From Desulfosudaceae bacterium (lineage in GTDB: Bacteria; Desulfobacterota; Desulfobacteria; Desulfobacterales; Desulfosudaceae): a stretch of DNA of 64,000 nucleotides. Shown in pieces: positions 20,118 to 30,673 of this stretch. Numbering within the stretch: position 1 is the stretch's first letter; each line of letters begins with the position of its first letter. Location: assembly GCA_963674745.2 (NCBI GenBank), contig CAXXDV010000003.1:2016001-2080000 (forward strand), in the 5' to 3' direction. Made by a program: the position numbers and the translations under genes. The notes below the pieces were generated by a model, which was given only the letters and a program-made list of their open reading frames with translations, was not told the origin of the DNA and made no database searches.

Positions 20118-20873
20118 TTAGCCAAAGCGACCGGTTATATAGTCTTCCGTCTGTTTTTTCTCCGGCCGGGTAAACAGCGTGTCGGTTTCGCCGGACTCAA
20201 TCAGTTCGCCCAGGTAAAAAAAGGCCGTGGTATCCGACACCCGCGCTGCCTGCTGCATGTTATGGGTAACGATAATAATAGTATAGGCCTGTTTCAGCTC
20301 GTGAATCAACTCTTCAATCTTCTGCGTGGCGATGGGGTCCAACGCCGAACAGGGCTCATCCATGAGCAGGACTTCCGGTTCCACGGCCAGGGCCCGGGCA
20401 ATACATAACCGCTGCTGCTGACCGCCGGACAACCCCATGGCAGATTCGAAAAGCCGGTCTTTGACTTCCTCCCACAAGGCCGCCTTTTTCAGGCTGGTCT
20501 CGACCTTGGCCGTTATCCGGGCTTTATCCTTGACGCCGTTGATTCGTAATCCATAGGCGATGTTTTCAAAAATCGTCTTGGGAAAAGGGTTGGGCTTCTG
20601 AAAAACCATCCCGACCCGGCGGCGCAGGGTCACGTAATCCACCTTGGACCCGTAAATGGGCTCACCGTCCATGAGAATCTCACCGGTCACCCGGGAACCG
20701 TAAATCAAATCGTTCATCCGGTTCAGGCACCGGATAAAGGTGCTTTTGCCGCATCCGGACGGTCCGATCAGGGCGGTTACCCGGTTTAAATGAAAATCAA
20801 GCGTGATATCTTTTAAAGCCTGAAAATCACCGTAGTAAAAGCCAAGTCCTCTGGTTGCAATTTTAACCGTCAT
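20118..20873 (-). CDS. pstB: Phosphate ABC transporter ATPase
   Basis: [38 protein letters not shown]. Confidence 0.96.
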   Translation of the reverse strand: MTVKIATRGLGFYYGDFQALKDITLDFHLNRVTALIGPSGCGKSTFIRCLNRMNDLIYGSRVTGEILMDGEPIYGSKVDYVTLRRRVGMVFQKPNPFPKTIFENIAYGLRINGVKDKARITAKVETSLKKAALWEEVKDRLFESAMGLSGGQQQRLCIARALAVEPEVLLMDEPCSALDPIATQKIEELIHELKQAYTIIIVTHNMQQAARVSDTTAFFYLGELIESGETDTLFTRPEKKQTEDYITGRFG

Positions 20874-20878
20874 TTTTT

Positions 20879-21787
20879 TTACTCCTGAAGCTTTCGTCGT
20901 AATCGCGCCCTGATAATAATCGCAAACAGGTTCATGCCGCAGACAAGAACGATAAGTACCAGCGCGGTTCCGTACTGCAGAGGTCCGGTAACAGCGATGT
21001 TTCTGCCCTCGGTGGCCAGGGCGTAAATATGATAGGGCAAAGCCATGACCTCGTCGAATAAAGAGGTGGGCAGGACGGGGGTAAAAAACACCGCCGCCGT
21101 AAACAGGATCGGCGCGGTCTCACCGGCGGCCCTGCCCAGGCCGAGAATGGCGCCGGTCAGGATTTCAGGGATGGCGGCCGGAATGACCACCCGGTAAATG
21201 GTCTGCCACTTGGTTGCGCCCAGTCCCAGGGAAGCTTCCCGGTATGTATCCGGCACGGCTTTCAAGGCTTCCTCGGTTGCCCCGATGATCACCGGCAAAG
21301 TCATGACCCCCAGGGTCAGGGCCCCGGCCAGGAGGCTGACACCGAAATTTAATACGGTACAGAAAAAAGCCAGTCCGAACAGGCCGAAAACAATAGACGG
21401 CACCCCGGCCAGAGAGTTGATACCGAAACGGATCATCCTTAAAAAACGGCCTCTTCTGGCATATTCATGCAAATATACAGCCGTAGCAACACCGATCGGC
21501 ATGGCAAACAGAAGCGCGCCGGCGGCAAGATAAAATGTACCGATAATACAGGGCATAATACCGCCTTTGGTCATCGAGTCGGAAGGCGGTTGGGTCAGAA
21601 AATCCCAGCTGATGCTCCCGGCGCCTCTGGATATGACAAAGTATCCCACTATCAGCAAGGCGGCCGCGTTTATCAGCGTGGCCAGGCGGAACAGGTTGAA
21701 AAACAGCCCCTGCAGCATCTGACGCCGTTTCAGACGTTTAGCGATTTGTGACGTTTGCTGTTGCTTCATTACCGTATTATCACCCAT
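20879..21787 (-). CDS. pstA: Phosphate ABC transporter permease
   Basis: [33 protein letters not shown]. Confidence 0.93.
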   Translation of the reverse strand: MGDNTVMKQQQTSQIAKRLKRRQMLQGLFFNLFRLATLINAAALLIVGYFVISRGAGSISWDFLTQPPSDSMTKGGIMPCIIGTFYLAAGALLFAMPIGVATAVYLHEYARRGRFLRMIRFGINSLAGVPSIVFGLFGLAFFCTVLNFGVSLLAGALTLGVMTLPVIIGATEEALKAVPDTYREASLGLGATKWQTIYRVVIPAAIPEILTGAILGLGRAAGETAPILFTAAVFFTPVLPTSLFDEVMALPYHIYALATEGRNIAVTGPLQYGTALVLIVLVCGMNLFAIIIRARLRRKLQE

Positions 21788-22735
21788 TTATCCACCGAGC
21801 TGTTTTTTCTGAAACCTGTTGGCCAAAACATCCGCCGTCAGGTTGAACAATAAGGTAAACACAAAAAGCACAATACCGATGGCAAACAAGGCATGATAAT
21901 GGGTGCTGCGAAACGGTGCTTCGGCCATCTCCGAGGCAATACTGGCCGGCATGGGACGGACCGGGTCAAACAGGGAGTGCGGTACAATAGCCGCGCCGCC
22001 GGCGACCATCAGCACCACCATGGTCTCGCCGATGGCCCTCGACATTCCCAGGATGACCGCCGTGGCAATACCCGACGCGGCAGCTGGAAGCACGATTTTA
22101 AAAATGGTTTCCAGTTTGGTGGCCCCCAAGGCCAGGGACGCTTCACGCAGGGACTTGGGCACGCTGTGAATGGCGTCCTCGGATATACTGCAAATGGTCG
22201 GTACGGCCATAAAGGCCAGCATCAGTGAGGCATTAAAAAGATTAATGCCGACGGGCACATTGAACACTTTCTGCAAAAACGGGCCGAACACCATCAGGCC
22301 GAACAGGCCGATAACCACCGAGGGCAGGGACGCCAGAATTTCCACAAAGGGCTTGACGATCTCCGCCGTGCGTTTGCCCGCAATCTCGGCGATATAAATC
22401 GCCGTCATGATCCCCAGGGGCACGGATATAATTGAGGACAGCAGGGTAACACAGGCAGAACCGGCGATCAGGGGGAGGATGCCGAACAGGGGGTCGTCAT
22501 CGGTCGGATACCATAAACTGCCGAACAGAAAATCCTTGAGTGACGTGAATTTTAATACGGGAAGTCCCTCTGCAAAAAGGAACAGGCCGATCAGCAGTAA
22601 ACTGGTGATGGAAACCAGGGCTACCACCAGAAAAAATATCTGAACGGACCTGTCTGTCGCCTGTCGTCGGGAAATTTTCATGGCCTCAATGGTTCCTGTC
22701 CTTATTGTCGCCTCGGGCCTCGGAGACTGTGTCAC
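21788..22735 (-). CDS. pstC: Phosphate ABC transporter permease (start may lie about 50 nt downstream)
   Basis: LASLPSVVIG, REASLALGAT, SRAIGETMVV. Confidence 0.92.
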   Translation of the reverse strand: MTQSPRPEATIRTGTIEAMKISRRQATDRSVQIFFLVVALVSITSLLLIGLFLFAEGLPVLKFTSLKDFLFGSLWYPTDDDPLFGILPLIAGSACVTLLSSIISVPLGIMTAIYIAEIAGKRTAEIVKPFVEILASLPSVVIGLFGLMVFGPFLQKVFNVPVGINLFNASLMLAFMAVPTICSISEDAIHSVPKSLREASLALGATKLETIFKIVLPAAASGIATAVILGMSRAIGETMVVLMVAGGAAIVPHSLFDPVRPMPASIASEMAEAPFRSTHYHALFAIGIVLFVFTLLFNLTADVLANRFQKKQLGG

Positions 22736-22994
22736 AATTGTTTATTCAAAAAAAGCGACTTCCTAATTTGTCGTATAACGAACTTTCTTTGAATTTTAAT
22801 GGTAAAACCATTCCGGAAAACACTCTTTTTCCGGCTTGTTTTGAATTGCGACACAGTCTCCTCGACCCGGGGGCCAGAAAAACCGATTATATTCCTCTAT
22901 GTGCCTTCGGGGCCTGTATACCCATTTTCGTTCTGTTTCCCGGGCGCGAAGGCTCACTTGACCCCTCGAGTCCTTGAATCCTTGGCTCCTCTCG

Positions 22995-23822
22995 TTACGG
23001 CATAAACACCGGCACACTCCCCACAGCCTGCACCAGTTTCTGACCTTTGGGTGAAAACACGTAGTTGATAAAATCCAACGTAATCCCTTCCGGCCAGCCG
23101 TTGGTAAACATGTACAGGGGGCGGCTGACGCCATACTGACCACTTATGGTTGTCGTTTCGGTTCCCAGAACGCCGTCCACCTTCACCTGTTTGAGGGAAT
23201 CATTTAAGTAAGCCAGGCCGATATACCCGATGGCACCGGTGGTCTGGCCGACCGTCTGGACGGCGGCGCCATTGGAGGCAACCGTCAGCGCGCTGGGTAC
23301 AACCCGCTCTTTTTTCAACACAATATCACCCCAGACTTCATACGTCCCGGAAGAGCTGTCTCTTGAAACAACAACGATTTTTTCGTTTTTACCGCCGACG
23401 TCCTTCCAGTTGGTGATTTCCCCTTTATATATGGCCCCCAGTTGATTGATGGACAAATCCGATACCGGGTTGGCGGGATGGACCACCGGAACAATGCAAT
23501 CCATGGCAATTCTGAAAGGCACCGGATATATACCCTTGTCGCAGGCCATTTTGATCTCTTTGTCCTTGATAAACCGGGAGGCATTGGCAATATCGGTAGT
23601 ACCGTCAATAATGGCCTTGATACCGTTGCCGGAGCCGCCGCCGGAAAGGGAGACAGACACGTTTCTTTCCTGCATATAGGCTTCGGCGATTTTCTGAGCA
23701 GCCGGTAGCACGGTCGTCGACCCTTTGATGACCAGCTGTTCCGCCATGATCGGGACAACAGCAATGAACGCCGCCAGGGTTAGAACAATTGCGAATGTTA
23801 ATTTTTTTAATGTGTTTTTCAT
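22995..23822 (-). CDS. pstS: Phosphate-binding protein
   Basis: Signal peptide; KGSTTV, GGGSGNG, DIANASR, SRDSSSGT, SRPLYM. Confidence 0.92.
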   Translation of the reverse strand: MKNTLKKLTFAIVLTLAAFIAVVPIMAEQLVIKGSTTVLPAAQKIAEAYMQERNVSVSLSGGGSGNGIKAIIDGTTDIANASRFIKDKEIKMACDKGIYPVPFRIAMDCIVPVVHPANPVSDLSINQLGAIYKGEITNWKDVGGKNEKIVVVSRDSSSGTYEVWGDIVLKKERVVPSALTVASNGAAVQTVGQTTGAIGYIGLAYLNDSLKQVKVDGVLGTETTTISGQYGVSRPLYMFTNGWPEGITLDFINYVFSPKGQKLVQAVGSVPVFMP

Positions 23823-23897
23823 TTTTTCTCCAGTAATTTTAAAATTTTGTCGATAATCAATTTTCCCTTTCTGTTACCGGTGATTATTGAAAACAAT

Positions 23898-23936
23898 CAT
23901 TAGGACAATATGAGAAAAATATTAGAATATTGTTAA
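23898..23936 (-). promoter_or_regulatory. Putative Pho-box array upstream of pstS
   Basis: Four hexamers at an exact 11-bp period on the minus strand: TTAACA, CTAATA, CTCATA, CTAATG. Confidence 0.5.
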
Positions 23937-24161
23937 GATAAACCGGGCCGAATAACGGACCTGAAATCAACAGACAGCGCACCTGATAAGATTTCAGACG
24001 CCTGCATTATTGATACTTTACTGTAAATATTGAAAATCTGCCTGATTAAAACAAACGATTCCAGATGAACCAAATTGTTTTACATGCCAGAAGGAGGCGT
24101 ATTATGCCGGAAGGAAATTATGAGAATCTAATGTCTGAGATAAAAAGCTCGGAGGCGGTTT

Positions 24162-24206
24162 CTGAAAATCCCCGTGTCGGCAGTTCGATTCCGCCCCTCG
24201 GCACAA
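24162..24206 (+). repeat. att-like copy of the tRNA-Phe 3' end (3 mismatches in 45 bp)
   Basis: CTGAAAATCCCCGTGTCGGCAGTTCGATTCCGCCCCTCGGCACAA, preceded by AAGCTCGGAGGCGGTTT as at 16295. Confidence 0.92.
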
Positions 24207-24490
24207 GCAAAAAACATTGCCATATCAAATGCTTATCAAATATCATGGGGCAAGCCTTTTTTCATTGGTGCCCTGCCCCTGTGTAAATCTGTGTGTGGAT
24301 CCGAGCATGTGATCTTTGATCACCAGGTCCGGCGGTTCACTGGTTTACCGGCTCTATGAGATTTTGAGTTATACTTTTTGTATTATTTGCTGGTTCAAAA
24401 AAAATATTGGCTAACTCTCCTGATCACCGATAACGTGAATAGAAGCTTTTCTTTCTTTCCTGTCTTACAGCCAAATAATCTTGACATGAA

Positions 24491-24516
24491 TCGTTATGCC
24501 ATATATGACATAACGA
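24491..24516. promoter_or_regulatory. ModE-type palindromic operator overlapping a putative sigma70 promoter
   Basis: TCGTTATG-N10-CATAACGA; TTGACA at 24481-24486 with TATGAC 17 bp downstream. Confidence 0.65.
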
Positions 24517-24558
24517 CAATATGTTTTATTTATTTTTCACAAAAAAAGGGAATCAATT

Positions 24559-26028
24559 ATGCTGCAACCAAATACAAACCAGGAATCAAACATCCAACCC
24601 AATAACCCGGCGCAAAATGATGCTTCCGAATTAGAACGCGTTTTTCAGTTACAGAAGACGGCTTTCTTAAAGAACCCCCTTCCAGATGCGGAGGAACGTA
24701 TTGGCCATCTAAAAAGGCTAAAAAGAAGTCTGGTTAAATATAAAAATGAAATCGCGGACGCACTGAACAATGATTTCGGCAACCGGTGCAGAGATGAAAC
24801 ATTTCTGGCTGAACTGATCGGCGCAATTGAAGGAATTAATTATAACATACGACATGTCAAAAAATGGATGAAACCTTCCCGACGCATGCCTGGAATGATG
24901 TACATGCCGGCTTCAGCTAAAGTTTATTATCAGCCCCTGGGAGTCATCGGCATTATCGCACCCTGGAACTACCCGGTTTATCTTTCCATCGGCGGGCCAC
25001 TGGTATGCGCCCTGTCCGCAGGAAACAGAGCCGTTATGCGTATGAGCCGGTGTACGCCGCAAACCGCCGCCGTGCTGAAAAAGCTTATCGGAGAAACATT
25101 TAATGAAGATCATGTAACGCTATATGCAGGTGACGATGTTTCAGGAAGACAGTTTACCACCATACCATGGGATCATATGATATTCACGGGTTCAACAGCA
25201 GCCGGGAAAGAAGTGATGCGTGCCGCAGCAGATAATCTTACACCGGTAACCCTTGAACTGGGTGGAAAATCACCGGCCATCATCAGCCATGACGTACCAA
25301 TCAAAGACGCTTCCGAGCGGATCGCCTGGGGAAAAATGCTCAATTCCGGTCAGACCTGTGTCGCACCTGACTACGTACTCTGTCCAGAGCATCGAATATC
25401 CGATTTCATCGAATCCTTTCGTCAATCTGTTCAACGCATGTATCCAACGCTAAAAGGCAATAAAGACTATACCAGTGTGGAAAACGATCAGCAATATGGA
25501 CATCTGCAGGAACTTCTGGAAGATGCCCGGAAAAAAGGAGCAAAAATAATCGTTATCAATCCGGCTGATGAGGATTTTTCCGGTTCGCGCAAAATACCGG
25601 TTCACCTGGTACTCAACGCCACTGACGAAATGGCGCTTTTACAAAAAGAAATTTTCGGACCGATATTGCCGATTATTCCCTATAACACCCTGGAAGAGGC
25701 CATTCGTTACATAAACGACCGTCCGCGTCCCCTGGCCCTTTACTTCTTTGATTACAATCGGGGCAATGCCGAGTACGTTATCAAAAACACCCATTCCGGC
25801 GGCGTGCTGATCAACGATACCATGGTCCACGTACCTCAGGATGCCATGCCTTTCGGCGGTATTGGTCAATCGGGTATGGGGCAATACCACGGGCACGCCG
25901 GGTTTCTGGCCTTTTCTAAAGAAAAGGGGGTGTTGTTCAAACCGAAATTCAATAGCGGTAAACTGATCTATCCGCCATACGGCAGATATGTTCACAAGCT
26001 GGTTTATAAATTACTGCTCGGTGAGTGA
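24559..26028 (+). CDS. Aldehyde dehydrogenase, coniferyl-aldehyde (CalB)-like/class 3
   Basis: PWNYP, FTGST, TLELGGKSP, NSGQTCVAPDY, EIFGP, PFGGIGQSGMG. Confidence 0.9.
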   Translation: MLQPNTNQESNIQPNNPAQNDASELERVFQLQKTAFLKNPLPDAEERIGHLKRLKRSLVKYKNEIADALNNDFGNRCRDETFLAELIGAIEGINYNIRHVKKWMKPSRRMPGMMYMPASAKVYYQPLGVIGIIAPWNYPVYLSIGGPLVCALSAGNRAVMRMSRCTPQTAAVLKKLIGETFNEDHVTLYAGDDVSGRQFTTIPWDHMIFTGSTAAGKEVMRAAADNLTPVTLELGGKSPAIISHDVPIKDASERIAWGKMLNSGQTCVAPDYVLCPEHRISDFIESFRQSVQRMYPTLKGNKDYTSVENDQQYGHLQELLEDARKKGAKIIVINPADEDFSGSRKIPVHLVLNATDEMALLQKEIFGPILPIIPYNTLEEAIRYINDRPRPLALYFFDYNRGNAEYVIKNTHSGGVLINDTMVHVPQDAMPFGGIGQSGMGQYHGHAGFLAFSKEKGVLFKPKFNSGKLIYPPYGRYVHKLVYKLLLGE

Positions 26029-26123
26029 TTGCCGCCGTATAAATCTGACAAACAGTTTTTGTTTCTCCTCAGAGGGGACAGGATCGACCACAAACGATCT
26101 TGTTCCGCCCCCTGTCTTAGGGT

Positions 26124-28892
26124 TCATTCGATTTTATCAATACGAACGGCACAGGCCTTATATTCCGCCGTCAGCGTGATCGGATCAAAAACCGGGTTGG
26201 TAAGAAAATTGGCATTACCTTCCCGAAAATGAAAAGCCATCCATACCAGCCCCTTGGGTACTTCTGCGGTCACCCGCGCTTTGACACGGACTTCTCCCCG
26301 ACGGGACTTGACCTGAATGAGTTCACCGTCGGCAATATTCATGGCGGCCGCGTCATCAAATGAGATATCTGCCGTTTCCTCTCCAAGCAGATCATTTAAT
26401 CCTTCACAGCGCCCGGTTTGGGTTCGAGTATGATAATGATACAATCTTCTGCCCGTGCTCAACACCAGTGGGTAGGTTTCATCCGGGATCTCGGCTGGCG
26501 GCGTCCAGTCCACAGGGATCAACGCGCCCCTGCCACGGGTGAAGTTTCCGGACTGATGAAGTACAGGTGTTCCCGGATGATCTTCGGTCGGGCACGGCCA
26601 CTGCAATCCGTCACCCTCAAGGCGATAGTATTTGATCCCGGCCAGGGCAGGCGCCAGCACCGATATTTCGTTATCCCAGATTTCCTGAGCACTATTGGAC
26701 GTCCAATCCTGACCCATACGACGGGCGATTTCCTTGAATATCAACCAGTTGGGCATTGCCTGACCCGGTGCCTGACTGACGGTTCTGACCCGGTTGACCC
26801 GGCGCTCGCTGTTGGTAAAGGTTCCGTCATTTTCACTCCAAGCGGCCGCGGGCAGCACCACGTGGGCAAACCGGGTGGTCTCGGTCTGAAAGATATCCTG
26901 ACAGACCAGAAACTGGGCTGAGGCCAACTCATGTTCCACTTTATGAATGTCCGGCTCGGTGCTGGCCAGGTTTTCACCGAAGATGTAAAAAGCCTTCACT
27001 TTCCCTGACAACAGGCCTTCCATCATCTGTGGAATCATCAGGCCGTTTTTATCGGGCAGGTTTGAGACATTCCAGAACTTCTCGAATTTCTGCCGGGATT
27101 TTTCGTCGATAACGGTCTGATAGCCCGGGAATACGTTGGGAAGCGCGCCCATATCGCAGGCACCCTGAACGTTATTCTGTCCCCTCAAGGGATTAACTCC
27201 GCCGCAGGCCACGCCCATATTGCCCAGCAGCATCTGCAGATTTGCAGTGGACACAACGTTGTTACGGCCGCAAGTATGCTCGGTAATGCCCAGTGTATAG
27301 CAGAGCATGGCAGGTTTTACCGACACCAGTAGTCGGACCGTGTCATACAGCATCTGCTCGGAAATTCCGCAAATCGGGGCGACCCGCTCCGGTGGATATT
27401 CGCTGACTTTTTCCTTCAGCTCCTGAAAATTTTCGGTTCTTAATTCAACAAAATCTCTGTCATACAAGTTGTCTCGAATCAGGATATGCATCAGACCGTT
27501 TAAAAAAGCGATGTCGCTGCCCACATGAATAGGCACATGCAGGTCCGCAAAATCCACCAGACGATGGGCTCTGGGATCCACGACAATAAGTTTGGCGCCC
27601 TTCTGAACGGCATTTTTCAAAAAAGTCGATGCTACTGGATGGGCTTCGGTCATGTTGGACCCGATCACTAAAAACATTTTCGCCCGTGAAAATTCCTCAA
27701 AAGAGTTGGTCATGGCCCCGGAACCGAAAGATGCCGCCAGACCGGCGACTGTGGGGGCATGTCATGTACGGGCGCAGTGATCGATATTATTGGTCTTGAA
27801 CACCGCGCGAAAAAGTTTTTGCATCTGGTAGGAATCTTCGCTGATGCTCCTGGCGCAGCTTACACCAGCAATCGCGTCTGGCCCGTCAGTGGCAATAATC
27901 TGCTTAAACCTGTCAGCGACCAGGTTGAGGGCTTCATCCCAGGAAGATTCCCTGAATTTTCCGTTTTCCCGAATCAGCGGTGTGGTCAACCGTTCTTCGG
28001 AATAAATGAAATCATAGCCGAAACGACCTTTAACGCACAGTCGGCCTCTGTTTGGCCGACCGTTTTCCACCCCGTTCACCTTGACGATGATACCGTCCTT
28101 TACATGCAGTTCCTGCTGGCACCCCACGCCACAGTATGGACAAGTCGTCCGGACTTTTTCCACCTCCCAGGGACGCCATTTGTACACCGCCTTCTTTTCC
28201 ACCAGCGCCCCTACGGGACAGGCCTGAATACATTCACCACAAAAAACACAATTAGAATCCGCCAGTGTTTGATTGTTTCCGGTTACGATTTTTTCCTGAC
28301 CGTCCTGAGTACCGAAATCAATAACCCGATTGACCTGTACCTCGTTACAGGCGCTGACACACCTACCACACAGGATACAGCGGGAATGATCCCTTATAAT
28401 CAGTGGGTTTACGTCTTCTTTAGGCAGGGACGACCGATCGGCATAAGGTCTTTTCCCCTTTACCTGATAACGATAGAGAAGATCCTGCAATCGGCAGTCT
28501 CCCCAGACAGGGCAAAGATCATCTGTCTGTTCATATTCCCCTGCCGTTAGCTGAAAAGTAGTCCAATCAGATACGCCCTTGCTGGAAGCCGTGCAATTGT
28601 GGTTACCTGATGCGATCATGGACTCCAGGGTTTTTCTTCTAGCGGCTACCACTTTGGGTGATTCGGTTTTAACCAACATGCCTGCCTCGCAGGGTGTATT
28701 ACAGGCGGTGACCAGTTCAGCCTGCCCATGAATTTCCACCACGCAGATTTTGCATCTTGCACCGGGCGTAGTACCTTCCAGATAGCAAAGTGTGGGAATA
28801 TCTATACCATGTTCTTTTGCTACCTCAAGAATCGTCTGGCCGGAAGAAAAATTAATCTCCCGGCCGTTTAGAACCATTGTAGAATCGGACAT
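26124..28892 (-). CDS. fdhF: Selenocysteine-containing formate dehydrogenase alpha subunit with N-terminal NuoG-like Fe-S domains (922 aa; joins two track ORFs)
   Basis: In-frame TGA at 27762-27764 gives [54 protein letters not shown]; molybdopterin C-terminal domain. Confidence 0.93.
27733..27749 (-). promoter_or_regulatory. Bacterial SECIS element
   Basis: The mRNA 12 nt after the UGA reads GUCGCC-GGUCU-GGCGGC, an fdhF-type hairpin with a GGUCU loop. Confidence 0.85.
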
Positions 28893-28983
28893 GCGACTTC
28901 TCCCGTAATATTAAAGAGATTTGTATGTGTTTATCCGGATCAGCCGGACGAAACTTCAAAACAAGGGAGATATCAAATGTATT

Positions 28984-29009
28984 TCGTTATGTCAATATTG
29001 GCATAATGA
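28984..29009. promoter_or_regulatory. ModE-type palindromic operator upstream of fdhF
   Basis: TCGTTATG-N10-CATAATGA, same geometry as 24491-24516. Confidence 0.68.
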
Positions 29010-29050
29010 ATAGAAACAAAAAATTTGTGCGGGGATTCTTGAAAAACAGA

Positions 29051-29434
29051 TCAGTCTTTTGGGGCGGATTTTAATCGGGGAGCAAATTTTTCATCAAAAA
29101 ACGTGTCAGCCTGTTTATTCACCTGTTGATGAAGGACGCGGAATCTTTTTATAAGAGACTGGGCCAACGGCGTTAAAGCTGATCCCCCCCCGGATGCGCC
29201 ACCGGCATTTCTGATTAAAAGCGGATACCCCAGGGCTTCTTCAGTGGTTCTGATTTTTCCCCAGATGGCCCTGTATCCCATCTTCAACTCTTTAGCAGCC
29301 GCGTTGATGGAACCACATTTTTCAATCGTGCTCAGGATACGGAAACGGCCCAGCCCGAAAATCACTTTTCCCTGATTGTCCTCTATCCATATTTTGGAAC
29401 GGATATGGAACACCTTTTTTTCTTTTTTTGTCAT
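29051..29434 (-). CDS. ModE-family winged-helix regulator (DNA-binding domain only)
   Basis: SKIWIE...FGLGR..LSTIEKCGSINAAAKELKMGYRAIW...GGASGGGSALT; 127 aa, so no TOBE domains. Confidence 0.85.
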   Translation of the reverse strand: MTKKEKKVFHIRSKIWIEDNQGKVIFGLGRFRILSTIEKCGSINAAAKELKMGYRAIWGKIRTTEEALGYPLLIRNAGGASGGGSALTPLAQSLIKRFRVLHQQVNKQADTFFDEKFAPRLKSAPKD

Positions 29435-29845
29435 GCATAACTCCTGTCGACCAAAGGTTGTACCTTTTGTTCTGGTCGTAGAGATATAGTGTGGTTAAAA
29501 ACAATATTAAACCAAGTTTACTTGTGTTCCTATCTCAATTTTACGTAATTTATTGATACGGCAATGGATAGCAAAGAAGCAACAGGTCAGTCAATATGTT
29601 ATCGGTTATATTTCCGACGTCAACTTACGGAAAAATTAGGGGTTCAGAAGGCTCGGAAGTTCTGACTTCTAATCCGTAGGTCGGACGATACAATTGTGAT
29701 CCAAGGCAACGCTAAGCAAAAAAATTTAACAAAACAATATGCGGTAATATGCGATTATGCTGCCAGAGTTGTACAAAAACTCGTTTAATATTCGAAAAAC
29801 TCGCATAACTTTCAGTAACATACTAATTTTACTTAAAAACCAACC

Positions 29846-29864
29846 ATTCTGTCCCTCGGCACCA
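29846..29864 (+). repeat. Short att-like copy of the tRNA-Phe 3' end (19 bp)
   Basis: ATTCTGTCCCTCGGCACCA equals positions 53-71. Confidence 0.85.
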
Positions 29865-29883
29865 TAAAAGATAAAGCTAGATT

Positions 29884-29918
29884 AAAGGGTTATCCGCTGC
29901 GTCGGTTAACCCTTTTTT
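29884..29918 (+). terminator. Terminator-like hairpin after the short att copy
   Basis: AAAGGGTTATCCG-CTGCGT-CGGTTAACCCTTTTTT. Confidence 0.6.
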
Positions 29919-30001
29919 CGTTGAAAATGACAAATTGTGCCCATGAGACATTTTCGATTGTTCTTCGAGGTAGGACTGATACATGTATTTTATCAGCAGT
30001 G

Positions 30002-30673
30002 TTAATACGCCATCAGTCTCTGTGCCAGCCGATGCAGTTCCGGGTTGGCCAATGCGACGACTTTTTTCTTGACCGCCCGCGAATAATATTCTTTTTCGGT
30101 TTTGGTCAAAGGCAATCCCTCCAGCCGTTTTTTGAACAGCTCTTTCTGCTTGGGGGAAAACACCTGCGAAAGCGCGTATTCCAGAGAAAGCGCTTCGTGT
30201 TTTTCTGTTTGCCGGCGGCTTTTTTCGGCATCCTTTTCGAAATACAGCTCGAATGCCTTCTTCAGACGCAACGGATGGAACTCCAGCCCGTTCAGTTTGA
30301 AACTGTTTCCGGATGCCAATTCTTTGCGCAGTTGTTTCAGACCTGCTTCTTCATTTTCAGAAAGCATCTCTTTTAGCGGCCTCATCCAGGAAAAGGACAG
30401 GTGGCGGAGGTCGTAGAGCGTAAACGAGACCTGCAACAGAGCATGAAAGGCTTTTTTCTGCTCTTTATTATTGAGGTGTTCCAGGACTCGTTCATATGCG
30501 AATCGGAAATCACTAGCAGCATTGACGAGCAGTACCGGAAACCCTTCCCATAATCTCTTGTCCCTGCTTTTTACCACTTCGGCGAGGGTCTGGTTGACAT
30601 CGAATTCTTCGATTGCCTCCAGAAGGGGCAAACCCAATTGTGACAACCTTTCATATAATGACTTTTCCGTCAT
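30002..30673 (-). CDS. Hypothetical protein, putative partner or antitoxin of the upstream nucleotidyltransferase
   Basis: 4-nt overlap with the upstream gene; basic C-terminal LTKTEKEYYSRAVKKK helix. Confidence 0.6.
   Translation of the reverse strand: MTEKSLYERLSQLGLPLLEAIEEFDVNQTLAEVVKSRDKRLWEGFPVLLVNAASDFRFAYERVLEHLNNKEQKKAFHALLQVSFTLYDLRHLSFSWMRPLKEMLSENEEAGLKQLRKELASGNSFKLNGLEFHPLRLKKAFELYFEKDAEKSRRQTEKHEALSLEYALSQVFSPKQKELFKKRLEGLPLTKTEKEYYSRAVKKKVVALANPELHRLAQRLMAY

Larger units (their letters stand above)
16357..24206. mobile_element. tRNA-Phe-anchored cassette 2 (pst/pho), no integrase recognised
   Basis: Lies between the att copies at 16312 and 24162; both ends carry arm sequence shared with cassette 1. 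Confidence 0.78.
24207..29864. mobile_element. tRNA-Phe-anchored cassette 3 (ALDH, Sec-FDH, ModE-like), no integrase recognised
   Basis: Lies between the att copy at 24162 and the 19-bp copy at 29846; 29625-29660 is homologous to the arm at 16271-16305. Confidence 0.7.

Noticed and set aside
22955..22992. Short CCTCGAG/CCTTGAAT/CCTTGG repeats after pstS
   Set aside because: Too short and degenerate to assign; at most a small intergenic repeat
26124..28892. fdhF as a split gene or pseudogene
   Set aside because: The stop is an in-frame TGA at the Sec position with a SECIS directly downstream
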